DNA of 64,000 nt from Cyclobacteriaceae bacterium (lineage in GTDB: Bacteria > Bacteroidota > Bacteroidia > Cytophagales > Cyclobacteriaceae), in NCBI GenBank assembly GCA_019638395.1, contig JAHBTX010000004.1:306411-370410 (forward strand). Reading direction: 5' to 3'. The notes beneath the pieces are model-generated. The model did not search any database, was not told where the DNA came from, and saw nothing but the letters and a program-made list of their open reading frames with translations. This document shows positions 8,103 to 18,200 of the stretch, in pieces. The translations under genes were made by a program, and so were the position numbers. Each line of letters opens with the position of its first letter. Positions within the stretch are counted from its first letter, which is position 1.

Positions 8103-8617
8103 TTTCAATAAAGCGTCTATATGGACTAATAGTTATAGTTGCATTCTTCAATGTTGTTATTACTCGTTTTCTATGCTATTTAATAATCACAGATTATAAC
8201 GATTATTCAGCTATGGGAGAGTTCGCATTATTGAGTATCATCTTTTTTCCGGTTTGCTTAATGCTTAATACAGTAGGTTTACTTTACCTTATTCGTAATG
8301 AAGAAGTCGTGATAGATCGTAAGTTTAGGCCTGGTTTATTCTGGTTAATGGTGATCTGTTTTCTTATTTCATCTTGTGCTACATTCGGAATTGACTTTGT
8401 TTATGATCTAACTATTGAAAATAATGTATCAACATTCTTTGCTAATATGCTTTTAAACTCATTAAAAAATACTAATAGTGATGTTTCTGCTTTATTGCTG
8501 AGTACTCCATTTCTCCTTCAAAATTATATTTTTAATCTTTTCGCACTCTTATTAGCCTGGTTCATAACAGGAATGTATGTTAAGCGCATGCTGAGAAAGA
8601 GATTGACATCTGAGTAA
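8099..8617 (+). CDS. Multi-pass membrane protein, candidate immunity protein
   Basis: About four TM segments; ATGA overlap with the HTTM gene; last gene of the AT-rich island. Confidence 0.65.
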   Translation: MISIKRLYGLIVIVAFFNVVITRFLCYLIITDYNDYSAMGEFALLSIIFFPVCLMLNTVGLLYLIRNEEVVIDRKFRPGLFWLMVICFLISSCATFGIDFVYDLTIENNVSTFFANMLLNSLKNTNSDVSALLLSTPFLLQNYIFNLFALLLAWFITGMYVKRMLRKRLTSE

Positions 8618-8640
8618 GGTTTCTTGTAGAAAATACTAAT

Positions 8641-9645
8641 CTAGAAAGTTATTCCAAAACTAAACGCATTCAACTGCGGGCCTTTGTTTGCTACGAAGAG
8701 TTCGTTCAAATCGTAGTTGAAGAACAAATCAACATCATCAAAGCCAATTTGTGCGCGCAAACCGTAACGTAGGTTGTTCAGGTAAAAATTGTCGTGGTTG
8801 CGGGGTTTACGTTCAGCATCATTTTCTTTAAACACCTGTTTGCTGTAGCTGGCGATGCGGTAGCCCACATAAGGGCCAACACCTATGCGAAATGAATCGG
8901 CATTGTATCCATCAAAAAAACTAGGCTTATGTCGATTGCCTCCAAAGTCCAGCATAGGTACCAGCGATGCATTCAGGTACGTAGCCGTTAATTTACTTTT
9001 GATGAAATCTGCATCACGTGTGTCGGGCTGAAAGATTACACTATTATCATCTTTGCTCACCTGGGTTTGTGCATTTTGAAATTTGAAGTTATACCAGCTT
9101 GCGCCCAATGCCCACTCCATGTAAAACTTATTGGCGATGCGGGTACGTTGCACACTGTTAATACCCACGTACCACGATCCCCACGGTTTTACAGTGAACA
9201 AGCTATTATCCTGATCGGGGAAACCATTTTGGGTAATGTAGTTGTTGGTACCCAGATCGAAGTTCATAGAGTGATAGGTGCGTTTGCGAAACCTTTTGCT
9301 CTCTTTGTTATTGCTACTCCAATCTACACCCCAGTCTTCCTCTTTTTCGGCATCAACAGTTTCTTTGGCATCGGCAAGCCGAGCTGAATCTGTTTTTAAA
9401 TAGTCGATGGCTGCTTTTTGATGGCTGGTCGTATCTTCTTTTTCCAACTTGGCTATTAAATCTGCAATCAATTTCTGAAAATCATATTGTTTCATAGTCT
9501 CCAGATCTTTCTTGTCTTGCACGGCCAGAATCAGTTTACTGCCATTTCCTACTTTAATTACAACAGTATCGGCTGGTTTGGTTTGACTAAATCCAACCAC
9601 ACTTATCAAGGCAACCAAACAGGTCGTTATCATCTTACGCTTCAT
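8641..9645 (-). CDS. Outer-membrane beta-barrel domain protein
   Basis: Signal peptide, alternating beta-strand pattern, C-terminal FSFGITF. Confidence 0.75.
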   Translation of the reverse strand: MKRKMITTCLVALISVVGFSQTKPADTVVIKVGNGSKLILAVQDKKDLETMKQYDFQKLIADLIAKLEKEDTTSHQKAAIDYLKTDSARLADAKETVDAEKEEDWGVDWSSNNKESKRFRKRTYHSMNFDLGTNNYITQNGFPDQDNSLFTVKPWGSWYVGINSVQRTRIANKFYMEWALGASWYNFKFQNAQTQVSKDDNSVIFQPDTRDADFIKSKLTATYLNASLVPMLDFGGNRHKPSFFDGYNADSFRIGVGPYVGYRIASYSKQVFKENDAERKPRNHDNFYLNNLRYGLRAQIGFDDVDLFFNYDLNELFVANKGPQLNAFSFGITF

Positions 9646-9647
9646 AC

Positions 9648-10316
9648 TCAGTTTCTTTTTGTTTTGTCTTTTCTAAAATCGAGGGCGAACAATTCGTTCT
9701 TGGCATCGCGCAAGCTGCCCAATTCGCTTTCTCCGTTTTTAATATCGCGCGCTTTCTCGAGAATTTTTTGCAGGCCACTTTTATCATCGGCTGTGCTTGC
9801 CATGGCAATTACAGGTTCAGTCATGTTAATCGGCATCACGTCTAATGTAAACTCAATTACAATTGGTTTGCGGGCCGGAATGGGTTCAGTTTTATTTTCG
9901 GTGATCAATACTTCCGGTTGAACAACAATCGCTGGTTCTGGATTCACTTTTTCAGGTTCTTCTTTTTTTGTTTCTGATTGGATGATCGTTGATTTTTTCT
10001 TTTGCTTGGGTTGTTCTGTTTTCGTTTCAGCTACCAGATTCTGTTTCTGTTCTTCCGGTTGCACCACTACCGGAATTTCTTTTTGTGGTGAGGGCAAAGG
10101 TTGTTGTACTAATTCAGGTTGTACTTGGGTATGCTTGCTCCACCTATACCAGGCGCCACTCACCAATCCGAACAATACCAATGCAGCAGCCAGGCGCCAA
10201 ACCCACGCGTTATTTTTTTTTGTTAAACCAGCTTCTACTTTTTGCCACGCATCAGCCGAAGGTGGCACCGGGTGATTGGCTAGTTTGTTTTTGAAAAGCT
10301 CATCTATTCGGTTCAT
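9648..10316 (-). CDS. Putative anti-sigma factor (single TM, low-complexity linker)
   Basis: IDELFKNKL...PSADAWQKV followed by a TM segment; overlaps the ECF sigma stop; start reset to the ATG at 10316. Confidence 0.6.
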   Translation of the reverse strand: MNRIDELFKNKLANHPVPPSADAWQKVEAGLTKKNNAWVWRLAAALVLFGLVSGAWYRWSKHTQVQPELVQQPLPSPQKEIPVVVQPEEQKQNLVAETKTEQPKQKKKSTIIQSETKKEEPEKVNPEPAIVVQPEVLITENKTEPIPARKPIVIEFTLDVMPINMTEPVIAMASTADDKSGLQKILEKARDIKNGESELGSLRDAKNELFALDFRKDKTKRN

Positions 10317-10887
10317 ATCCTTTTTGTTTGTAGAGCAAGTCTTGCTCTGCTTCTTGTAAACTTTTTTGTAAGGCCACACGCGCCCGGCTCAATTGCGACT
10401 TCGATGTGTTTTCGCTGATGTTCAGTTGCTCGGCAATTTCTTTGTGCGAGTAGCCATCAATGGCATATAAGTTAAACACAATTCGATACCCGGCCGGCAA
10501 TGCTTCAATCATCTTCATCAGGTCTTCGGCCTCTAAGTGTGCCTCCAGGTTTTGATAGTCGGGTTCGTAATCGGCAGCTTCAATGTCGGTTTCGAGGTAC
10601 ATGTTTTTGTGCTTGCGCAGGTAGCTGAGCGATTCGTTCACTACAATCTTGCGCATCCAACCTTCAAAATTTCCTTCACCGGTGTATTGATCGATCTTGT
10701 TCAGGATTTTGGTAAAGGCTGTGATCCACACATCTTCTGCCTCCATTTTGTCTTTGATGTACCGGCAGCACAAGGCATAAAGTTTAGACGCATAGCGATC
10801 GTACAAACGTTTTTGCGCCTGGCGGTCGTTGCGCCTGCAACCTTCAATCAGTTCCATGTCTTTGGCCCGGTAAACCTCAAATTCCAT
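10300..10887 (-). CDS. ECF (sigma-70 group 4) RNA polymerase sigma factor
   Basis: AEDVWITAFTKI, FEGWMRKIVVN, YRIVFNLYAIDGYSHKEIAEQLNISENTSKSQL. Confidence 0.93.
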   Translation of the reverse strand: MEFEVYRAKDMELIEGCRRNDRQAQKRLYDRYASKLYALCCRYIKDKMEAEDVWITAFTKILNKIDQYTGEGNFEGWMRKIVVNESLSYLRKHKNMYLETDIEAADYEPDYQNLEAHLEAEDLMKMIEALPAGYRIVFNLYAIDGYSHKEIAEQLNISENTSKSQLSRARVALQKSLQEAEQDLLYKQKGYEPNR

Positions 10888-11060
10888 GTATAGCAGCTAA
10901 TCAATACCAAGATGCCACATGTAGTGCAGGGGTTGCATGGGGGGTTAGAATTTTTAAACCCCTGCCTGCAAGTGTATGCGGTAGCGGAAAGAAATTGAAT
11001 TAGCAATGCTTTTAATGCAGTTCTGCTTAATATTTTCGCTTTAACAACTGTTGTTCGCAT

Positions 11061-12461
11061 TTATATCCCGCTAAACAATTCAAACGTCTCCAGATAGCGG
11101 GGTATCACCGTATTCCAGTTCTTAGCTTTTAGTTTTTCGGCAAGTGTATTGGCACTGGCTGTTTCACCGTGCGTGATAAACGTTAACTTCGGACTTTCCT
11201 TGAAGTTATTGAGCCATTGCAACAGTTCCGCCTGATCGGCATGAGCCGATAATCCATTAACCGTTTTTACATGACACTTTACCGGAACTTGTTCGCCAAA
11301 AATTTTCACCATCGGTTCGCCATCCTGAATTCTTCGGCCGCGTGAACCTTCGGCCTGATAGCCCGCAAACAACACCGTATCATGTTCGTTGCGCAGCCGG
11401 TGAAACAAATGGTGCAGAATACGACCACCCGTTACCATCCCGCTCGCTGAAATAATAATGGCAGAGTTCTTCAAATCGTTCAAGGCTTTGGAGCTTTCGC
11501 GGGTTGTACAAAAATGAATATGGGGCGAATCGAAAATACTCATCAACTGATGGTGCATTCGTTCCACTTTTATTTTGTGATTGTAGCTGTGTTGTTCGTA
11601 TAAGTCGGTAACATTAATGGCCATAGGGCTATCGATGTAGATGGGAAGTTTCGGAATCCGCTTTTGTTCCATTAGTTGATGGAAATGATAAATAAGTGTT
11701 TGCGTTCTTCCAACCGCAAATGCGGGTACTACAATTACACCTTGATGCGCCACTGCTTCATTTATAAGCTGGCTCAGGTCGTTGTCAATCTGATCTACCG
11801 GATTTAAGCGGTCGCCATAGGTAGATTCAACTAACAGCACATCGGCATGTTCAACTGCTTCGGGTGGATACATAATGGCATCGTTGTATCGCCCCAGGTC
11901 GCCCGAGAACACAATTTTCTTTTCTTGCTTTTGCGAATTAAAAGTAAGCTCAACAATAGCAGCGCCAAGTATGTGGCCGGAGTTATAAAACCGAACTGAT
12001 GCATAGTTCAGAATTTTTACTTCTTTGTTAAACCGCACGCTACTCACCAACGGCAAAACTTCTATTACGTCCTTTTCTGAAAAGAGCGGTTCGGGCTTGC
12101 TATGTTTGGAGTAACCGCGCTTAAATGCAAATTCAGCTTCTTCTTCCTGAAGTTTGGCGGCATCCTGCAGCATAATCTTCATCAGGTCTTCGGTTGCATG
12201 GGTGCAGATTATCTTACCCCGAAATCCATCTTTCACCAATCGGGGCAAATACCCGATGTGATCGATGTGAGCATGTGTTAAAATAACGGTATGAATAGTT
12301 GCCGGATCTACCGGTAACCGTTCCCAGTTGCGCAGGCGTAATTCTTTTTGCCCTTGAAACAGACCACAATCAATCAAGATTTTTTGTTTATCAATTTCCA
12401 ACAGGTATTTGGAGCCTGTAACACTTTGTGCTGCACCCAGAAATTTTAACTTTACATTCAT
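11061..12461 (-). CDS. MBL-fold beta-CASP ribonuclease-type hydrolase
   Basis: THAHIDH, GHILG, SGDLG, ESTYG and SAHAD motifs. Confidence 0.92.
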   Translation of the reverse strand: MNVKLKFLGAAQSVTGSKYLLEIDKQKILIDCGLFQGQKELRLRNWERLPVDPATIHTVILTHAHIDHIGYLPRLVKDGFRGKIICTHATEDLMKIMLQDAAKLQEEEAEFAFKRGYSKHSKPEPLFSEKDVIEVLPLVSSVRFNKEVKILNYASVRFYNSGHILGAAIVELTFNSQKQEKKIVFSGDLGRYNDAIMYPPEAVEHADVLLVESTYGDRLNPVDQIDNDLSQLINEAVAHQGVIVVPAFAVGRTQTLIYHFHQLMEQKRIPKLPIYIDSPMAINVTDLYEQHSYNHKIKVERMHHQLMSIFDSPHIHFCTTRESSKALNDLKNSAIIISASGMVTGGRILHHLFHRLRNEHDTVLFAGYQAEGSRGRRIQDGEPMVKIFGEQVPVKCHVKTVNGLSAHADQAELLQWLNNFKESPKLTFITHGETASANTLAEKLKAKNWNTVIPRYLETFELFSGI

Positions 12462-12587
12462 TTCGATTTTGTCTTATCGAAATGTAGGGAAAAATGAAAG
12501 GCCATTTCTACTAATCAAGATAAAAGCATGAGGTATTTGCACAAAGTTATTATTAGTTCTACCTTGAAGGTCTAGGTTTAAACTTAG

Positions 12588-14411
12588 TTGATGAGAGTTA
12601 TTCTACTGCTGCTGCTTACCGCAGTATTGTTTACAACAGAAGCACAACAAGCGCGCATTCAGGAGTTATTAGATAGGGGTAATACTGTTTCTGAGTTTAA
12701 TCCCGATTCGGCCCTGTTGTTGTTTGAACAGGCACTGGCTTTGGCTAACGGTAAAGATACGCTGATGATACCGCGCATCTATAACCGCTTTGCCCAGGCC
12801 TATAGTATGAAGGGCAACTATACCGAGGCAGCCAAATTTCTGGTGCAGGCATTAACCTATGCTGAAGCACTGAAGGATACTGTGGCCCTGATTGACGGAA
12901 ACAATAACATGGGTATTGACTGGATGTATCAGGAAGAATATGAAAAAGCGTTAACCTATTTTAAGATTGCCGAACAATTAGCCTCTCAATCGCACGATTC
13001 GCTGCGTTGGGGCCATGCGCTTAACAACCTGGGGTTAACAGTAGGATATATGGGGCTTGCAAAAGAAGAATTACAATATTACAACCGGGCCGCAGCTATC
13101 TTTAAAAATATAAATGAGTTGGAAGGTTATGCCAACACGATATTAAATACAGCTACCTTGCTAACAGCCGAAGGAAAATATAAGGATGCAGAACGCCTGT
13201 ACCAGGAAGCCCTTAGTATTTATAAAGGAATGGATTATGCCAACGCACAGGGAATGGTTTACCAAAGCATGGCAGAAAATGCACGCGAAGGCGGGCACTA
13301 CAACCATGCCCTGAACTATATTCGGCAATCTTTAAAAATTGCTCATACCAATGGCTACACTACTGAAGAAGCCAGTGGCTTGCGGCTTGCCAGTACCATA
13401 TTTAAAGAGATGAAGCTCTTTGACAGCGCCTATTATTACCTGGATAAGCACCGCGAATTACGCAATACTATTTTTAACTCCGAGAAAAATAAAATCACTT
13501 CCGAGCTGGAAGCCCGGTATCAAACTGAAATTAAGGAACGAAAGATAAAATCGTTAGAACAAGAGAATACAATTAAAGACCTGCGCGCAACCACCGCCCG
13601 CCAATGGCAAATCAGTTTGGTGATATTAGTAATACTGATTACAGGTTTGCTTGGTGTACTCTACAACCGCTACCAGCTAAAGCAACGCACTGCTAAAGTA
13701 CTTGATGAAAAAAATACCGAATTGCAAAAACTAAATTCTTTCAAAGACAAAATGTTTGCGGTTATAAGCCACGATTTGCGCAATCCGGTTGATGCTTTCA
13801 GCACGCTGATGGAAAGCCTTACCCAAAATTTACAACATGCCAGCCCGGAAGAACTGAAAGAGTTTTTGGAAAGTATGCTGCACTCGGCTCGCGATTTAAA
13901 GAGTTTATTGGATAACCTGTTAGAATGGTCTATGGTGCAGATTGGTAAATTGCCATTTCATCCAAAAGCTTTTGCGGTAACGCAAGCTGTGCAGGAAAGT
14001 ATTGCCCACGTACATGCCATGGCTCATGTTAACAAGATTAACATTAAAACAGACGGCCCGGATGTTAGTGTGCAAGCAGATAAAAACATGGTGGTAATTA
14101 TTATCCGAAACCTGCTTACCAATGCCATAAAGTTCAGCCCTCCGGGTAAAACAATCAGCATTAGCACAACCCGCAATGCTAATACTGTTTTGTTGGCTGT
14201 ACGCGATGAAGGCATAGGCATGACTACCGAAGAAGTAGCAAAGCTCTTTAAAACTGCCGATGATGCCCGCACTGTTGGCGGCTCGCTAGCTAAAGGTGCC
14301 GGTATTGGGCTGCTGTTGTGCAAGGAGTTAACCGAGAAAAACAATGGAAAAATTTATGCTGAGAGTGTACCCGGATCGGGAAGTACTTTCTATCTTGAAC
14401 TTCCGCAATGA
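12588..14411 (+). CDS. TPR-containing membrane sensor histidine kinase
   Basis: Signal peptide, TPR-like helices, TM segment, SHDLRNP H-box, NLLTNAIKF N-box, DEGIG and GAGIGL. Confidence 0.92.
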   Translation: MMRVILLLLLTAVLFTTEAQQARIQELLDRGNTVSEFNPDSALLLFEQALALANGKDTLMIPRIYNRFAQAYSMKGNYTEAAKFLVQALTYAEALKDTVALIDGNNNMGIDWMYQEEYEKALTYFKIAEQLASQSHDSLRWGHALNNLGLTVGYMGLAKEELQYYNRAAAIFKNINELEGYANTILNTATLLTAEGKYKDAERLYQEALSIYKGMDYANAQGMVYQSMAENAREGGHYNHALNYIRQSLKIAHTNGYTTEEASGLRLASTIFKEMKLFDSAYYYLDKHRELRNTIFNSEKNKITSELEARYQTEIKERKIKSLEQENTIKDLRATTARQWQISLVILVILITGLLGVLYNRYQLKQRTAKVLDEKNTELQKLNSFKDKMFAVISHDLRNPVDAFSTLMESLTQNLQHASPEELKEFLESMLHSARDLKSLLDNLLEWSMVQIGKLPFHPKAFAVTQAVQESIAHVHAMAHVNKINIKTDGPDVSVQADKNMVVIIIRNLLTNAIKFSPPGKTISISTTRNANTVLLAVRDEGIGMTTEEVAKLFKTADDARTVGGSLAKGAGIGLLLCKELTEKNNGKIYAESVPGSGSTFYLELPQ

Positions 14412-15043
14412 ATCCAGTAAAAATTTTTTTGGTTGATGATCATAAGCTGGTTCGCGATGGAATACGCGCCATGTTGTTAAGTAATATAAGTTTTAAAGTA
14501 GCTGGTACTGCGGGTACTGCGGCAGAGTTATTTAGCCAGCTGAACGAAGTACAACCGGATATTTGTGTTTTGGATATTCAGTTGCCCGGTAAAAATGGTG
14601 TAGAAATTTCCAGGCAGTTAAAAGATCAATATCCGCAAATCAAAATCCTGATTCTTACCGCTATGAAAGACGATGCACCTGTTAAGGAGTGTCGCAACAT
14701 CGGGGTAGAAGGTATGATCTCGAAAGACTCAGGTAAAGAAACCTACCTGGAGGCACTGGAAGCTTTGAAAGCAGGTCGCACCTTTTATGCCGGTCAGTTT
14801 ACCGAGTTATTACTAAAAGCCACCCAGGGTAAAAGCGATAAACTGAAGATGTTAAGTGAACGCGAACTGGATTTTGTAAAAGCCTTCGCAAAAGGATTGT
14901 CGCACAAAGAAATTGCCGATCACCTTCACATCAGTCCCCGCACGGTGGAAGTGCACAAGAAAAACGTAATGGATAAACTTCAACTCAGGAACGATGTTGA
15001 CTTGGTGAAGTTTGCGATCAAAGAAGGCCTCACGTTAATTTAA
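14408..15043 (+). CDS. NarL/LuxR-family response regulator
   Basis: LVDDH, LDIQLPG receiver domain; LSERE...GLSHKEIA...ISPRTVEVH HTH; ATGA overlap with the kinase. Confidence 0.95.
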   Translation: MNPVKIFLVDDHKLVRDGIRAMLLSNISFKVAGTAGTAAELFSQLNEVQPDICVLDIQLPGKNGVEISRQLKDQYPQIKILILTAMKDDAPVKECRNIGVEGMISKDSGKETYLEALEALKAGRTFYAGQFTELLLKATQGKSDKLKMLSERELDFVKAFAKGLSHKEIADHLHISPRTVEVHKKNVMDKLQLRNDVDLVKFAIKEGLTLI

Positions 15044-15046
15044 AAA

Positions 15047-15106
15047 GTAGGCAGTAGGCAGGTTGCAGTTGGCAGTCCTGCCTACTGTTTACTGACTACT
15101 GCCAAC
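15047..15106. repeat. Heptamer-periodic inverted repeat
   Basis: GTAGGCA GTAGGCA GGTTGCA GTTGGCA - GTCC - TGCCTAC TGTTTAC TGACTAC TGCCAAC. Confidence 0.8.
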
Positions 15107-15107
15107 T

Positions 15108-15149
15108 TTTACGTAAAACCCCTCATCTCTTTTACGGGCAATCCCTAAT
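15108..15149 (+). promoter_or_regulatory. Two imperfect 19-bp direct repeats, putative NarL/LuxR-type boxes
   Basis: TTTACGTAAAACCCCTCAT (15108) and TTTACGGGCAATCCCTAAT (15131); 14/19 identical, 23-nt spacing. Confidence 0.45.
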
Positions 15150-15211
15150 ACTCTGCTGCGTGTGCTAAGGCCATTTTTACAGCGCCTTATTCATTAAACT
15201 ATTTAACCCCT

Positions 15212-18200
15212 ATGAAAATTGATTCAACTTTTACCAAACCGCGTTGGCTTTACTATGGCCAATGTTTGCTAAGCACGTTGCTATTGATGGTAGCAATGGG
15301 CACATTGACAGCTCAACCACTTACACCCGCTGCATACTATCCAGCCATTGGGTCAACCGTTGCAACAACCAGTGGAGTTTCACTTCGGTACAATACAATG
15401 GCTACTATGGGCAAAGGCTCAGGCAACATCACGGTGTTTGCCGGTGGCCTCTGGCAAACCATACCGGTGTCCAGTTCAAATGTAACTATTCAACCGGTCA
15501 GTAGCCCAGCCGGCTATTGGTTGTCGATTAATTTTACTAATGGAAGGCCATTGCCCGATGGTACAGCGATAACAGTGAATGTGCCGGCATCGGCAATTAA
15601 TACCAACTGGTCGCAAGGCTTTTCCGAACTTAATAATACCTGGAATTTCAATACCTTACCATCAGGCCCTATCTTATTCAGCCGAACACCGGCTGTGGGG
15701 TCGGCCATCAACTCTTCCACAACAACTTTTTCGTTGGAGTTTCACGAAAATATTTCGAAAGGTAGCGGCTCCATTATTTTTAAAAACAAAGACACCAATG
15801 CCGTGTTGCATTCCATTGATGTTAACTCATCAGCCGTGAGCATACTCAGTGGCCGGATCGCATCCATAAGTTTACCCTCGGCATTACCACAGGGTGTTAA
15901 TGTAATGCTGGAAATGGCTTCGGGAGTATTTAAAGATTCGGGCAACACTAACTCAATAACCATCAATGATACTAACACATGGTTTACAGTGGTAGATAAC
16001 ACAGCTCCTCAATTGGTTTCAACAAACCCAGCCCATCAATCTACGATCAATGTGGCCGATCGCACCGTTACACTCACGTTCAATGAACCCGTTGTAAAAG
16101 GAACGGGAGCAATTACTTTCGTTAATCAAAGCAACGGGTCAACAATTTTCAATGCGTCACTTTTTGGAGGCGATGTAACGTATGCCGGTAATACCATAAC
16201 TATTGTAAAACCAACAAACTGGCCATTCAATACGCAGTTGGGCGTAACCATACCAGCTACAGCTGTAAAAGATGGTGCCGGAAATTTTTGGCCTGGCATC
16301 AATGGTGCAAATTTTACTTTCAGCACGTGTTCATCGGCTACGCCTACGGTTTCAATTGCCGTAACGGGAGGGACAAACCCGACCTGCGCGGGTCAGTCCA
16401 TCACCTTTACGGCTACGCCCGGTAACGGAGGATCAGCACCTGTTTACCAATGGCGTGTAAACGGTGCTAATGTGGGAACCAACAGTTCTACCTTTACTTC
16501 TTCTACCTTAACCAACGGTCAGGTAGTAAGTTGCGTACTTACGAGCAATGCAACCTGCACTACGACTGCGACAGCAACCTCCAATAACATTACTGTAGGA
16601 GTTACGCCAGTGGTTACTCCCACCGTAACCATTACCGGCAGTACTACAACCTGTTCCGGAAATTCAGTAACGTTTAATGCTGCGGTAACCAATGCCGGCT
16701 CAAACCCAACCTATCAATGGAAAGTGAATGGTGCCGATGTGGGAAGTAATCAAAATTTTCTCATCACTAATAGCCTTACCAACGGGCAGGTTGTAACGTG
16801 CCAGATCACACGCGATAATTCAGGTTGCATATCAACCACAACGGCTACTTCCAATGCACTCACCATGTCCGTGGGCACTATGCCGGCACAACCCTCTGCC
16901 ATTACAGGCAATGCTACTGTTTGCCAGGGAACAACTGTAACATACAGTGTTACCAATGTAGCAGGTGTAAACTATTCGTGGGATGCAGGAGGTGGTGGCA
17001 CCATTTCCGGTAGTGGAAATTCAGTAAGCGTTACCTGGCTATCCACAGGCACCAAAACATTATCGGTATATCCAAGCAATAGCTGTGGTACTGGTACACC
17101 TTCTACTTTATCTGTAACCATCAATGCTACGCCATCAGCGCCCGGTACTGTTGCCGGTGCCAACGCTGTGGGACAAAATCAAGCCAACCAATATTCGGTT
17201 ACCAATCAACCCGGTGTTACGTACGCATGGAGTGCCGGGGCTGGCGGAACGGTAACCGGCAGTGGCAATTCGGTTAGTATTACCTGGACTACCGCAGGTA
17301 GCAAAACAATTACAGTAACACCATCTAATAGTTGTGGAACCGGTGTTGCGAGCACACTTGCTGTAACTGTTGGTTCATGCGCGGCTCCGGCTCAACCCAG
17401 TACCATTAGTGGTGCAGCAACAGCTTGTGTGGGTGGTAGTGGCACGTATAGTGTTACAAGTGTTGGCGGTGTTAATTATGCGTGGGATGCCGGATCAGGT
17501 GGGAATGTTTCTGGCTCCGGAAATTCAGTTACCCTTACTTGGTCAACGCCTGGTACTAAAACAATTACCGTTACACCTTTTACTGATTGCGGTATGGGTA
17601 CACCTCGCACCACTACTGTTGTTGTTTCAACATTGCCCGATCAACCGTCAATCATTACTGGTAATACCACATCCTGTATCAGTTCTACTGTTGCATACAG
17701 TGTTACCAATGTGCCGGGCACTACTTATACGTGGGATGCAGGTGGTAAAGGAACCGTTACCGGCACAGGCAATAGTATCACCGTTCAATGGACTGCTGCA
17801 GGCAGCAATATTTTAACGGTTACACCTTCCAATAGCTGTGGTACGGGTTTAGCCAGAACACTATCGGTTGTTGTAAATAATGTGCCACTTGGCACAAGTG
17901 CAATTACCGGAGCTAATTTAATGTGTACCGGTACGTCATCAACTTATTCGGTTACCAATACAAGTGGGGTAACGTATGTGTGGAGTGCGGGGGCAGGAAG
18001 CACCATAACGGGAACAGGTAATTCCGTTTCCATTACCTGGTCAACCGGAGGTGAGAAGGTAGTGCAGGTTACACCATCTAATGCTTGTGGTAACGGTGTT
18101 GCTACAACCTTTACTGTTTCCGTAACACAAGCTGCTGCACAGCCGGGCACCATCACAGGCTCCACTTCCGTGGATGCAGGTACAACCAACACGTATTCCG

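Noticed and set aside
10848-11060. 70-aa ORF between the MBL hydrolase and the ECF sigma gene
   Set aside because: It overlaps the sigma start, has no recognisable features, and spans a hairpin-containing spacer.
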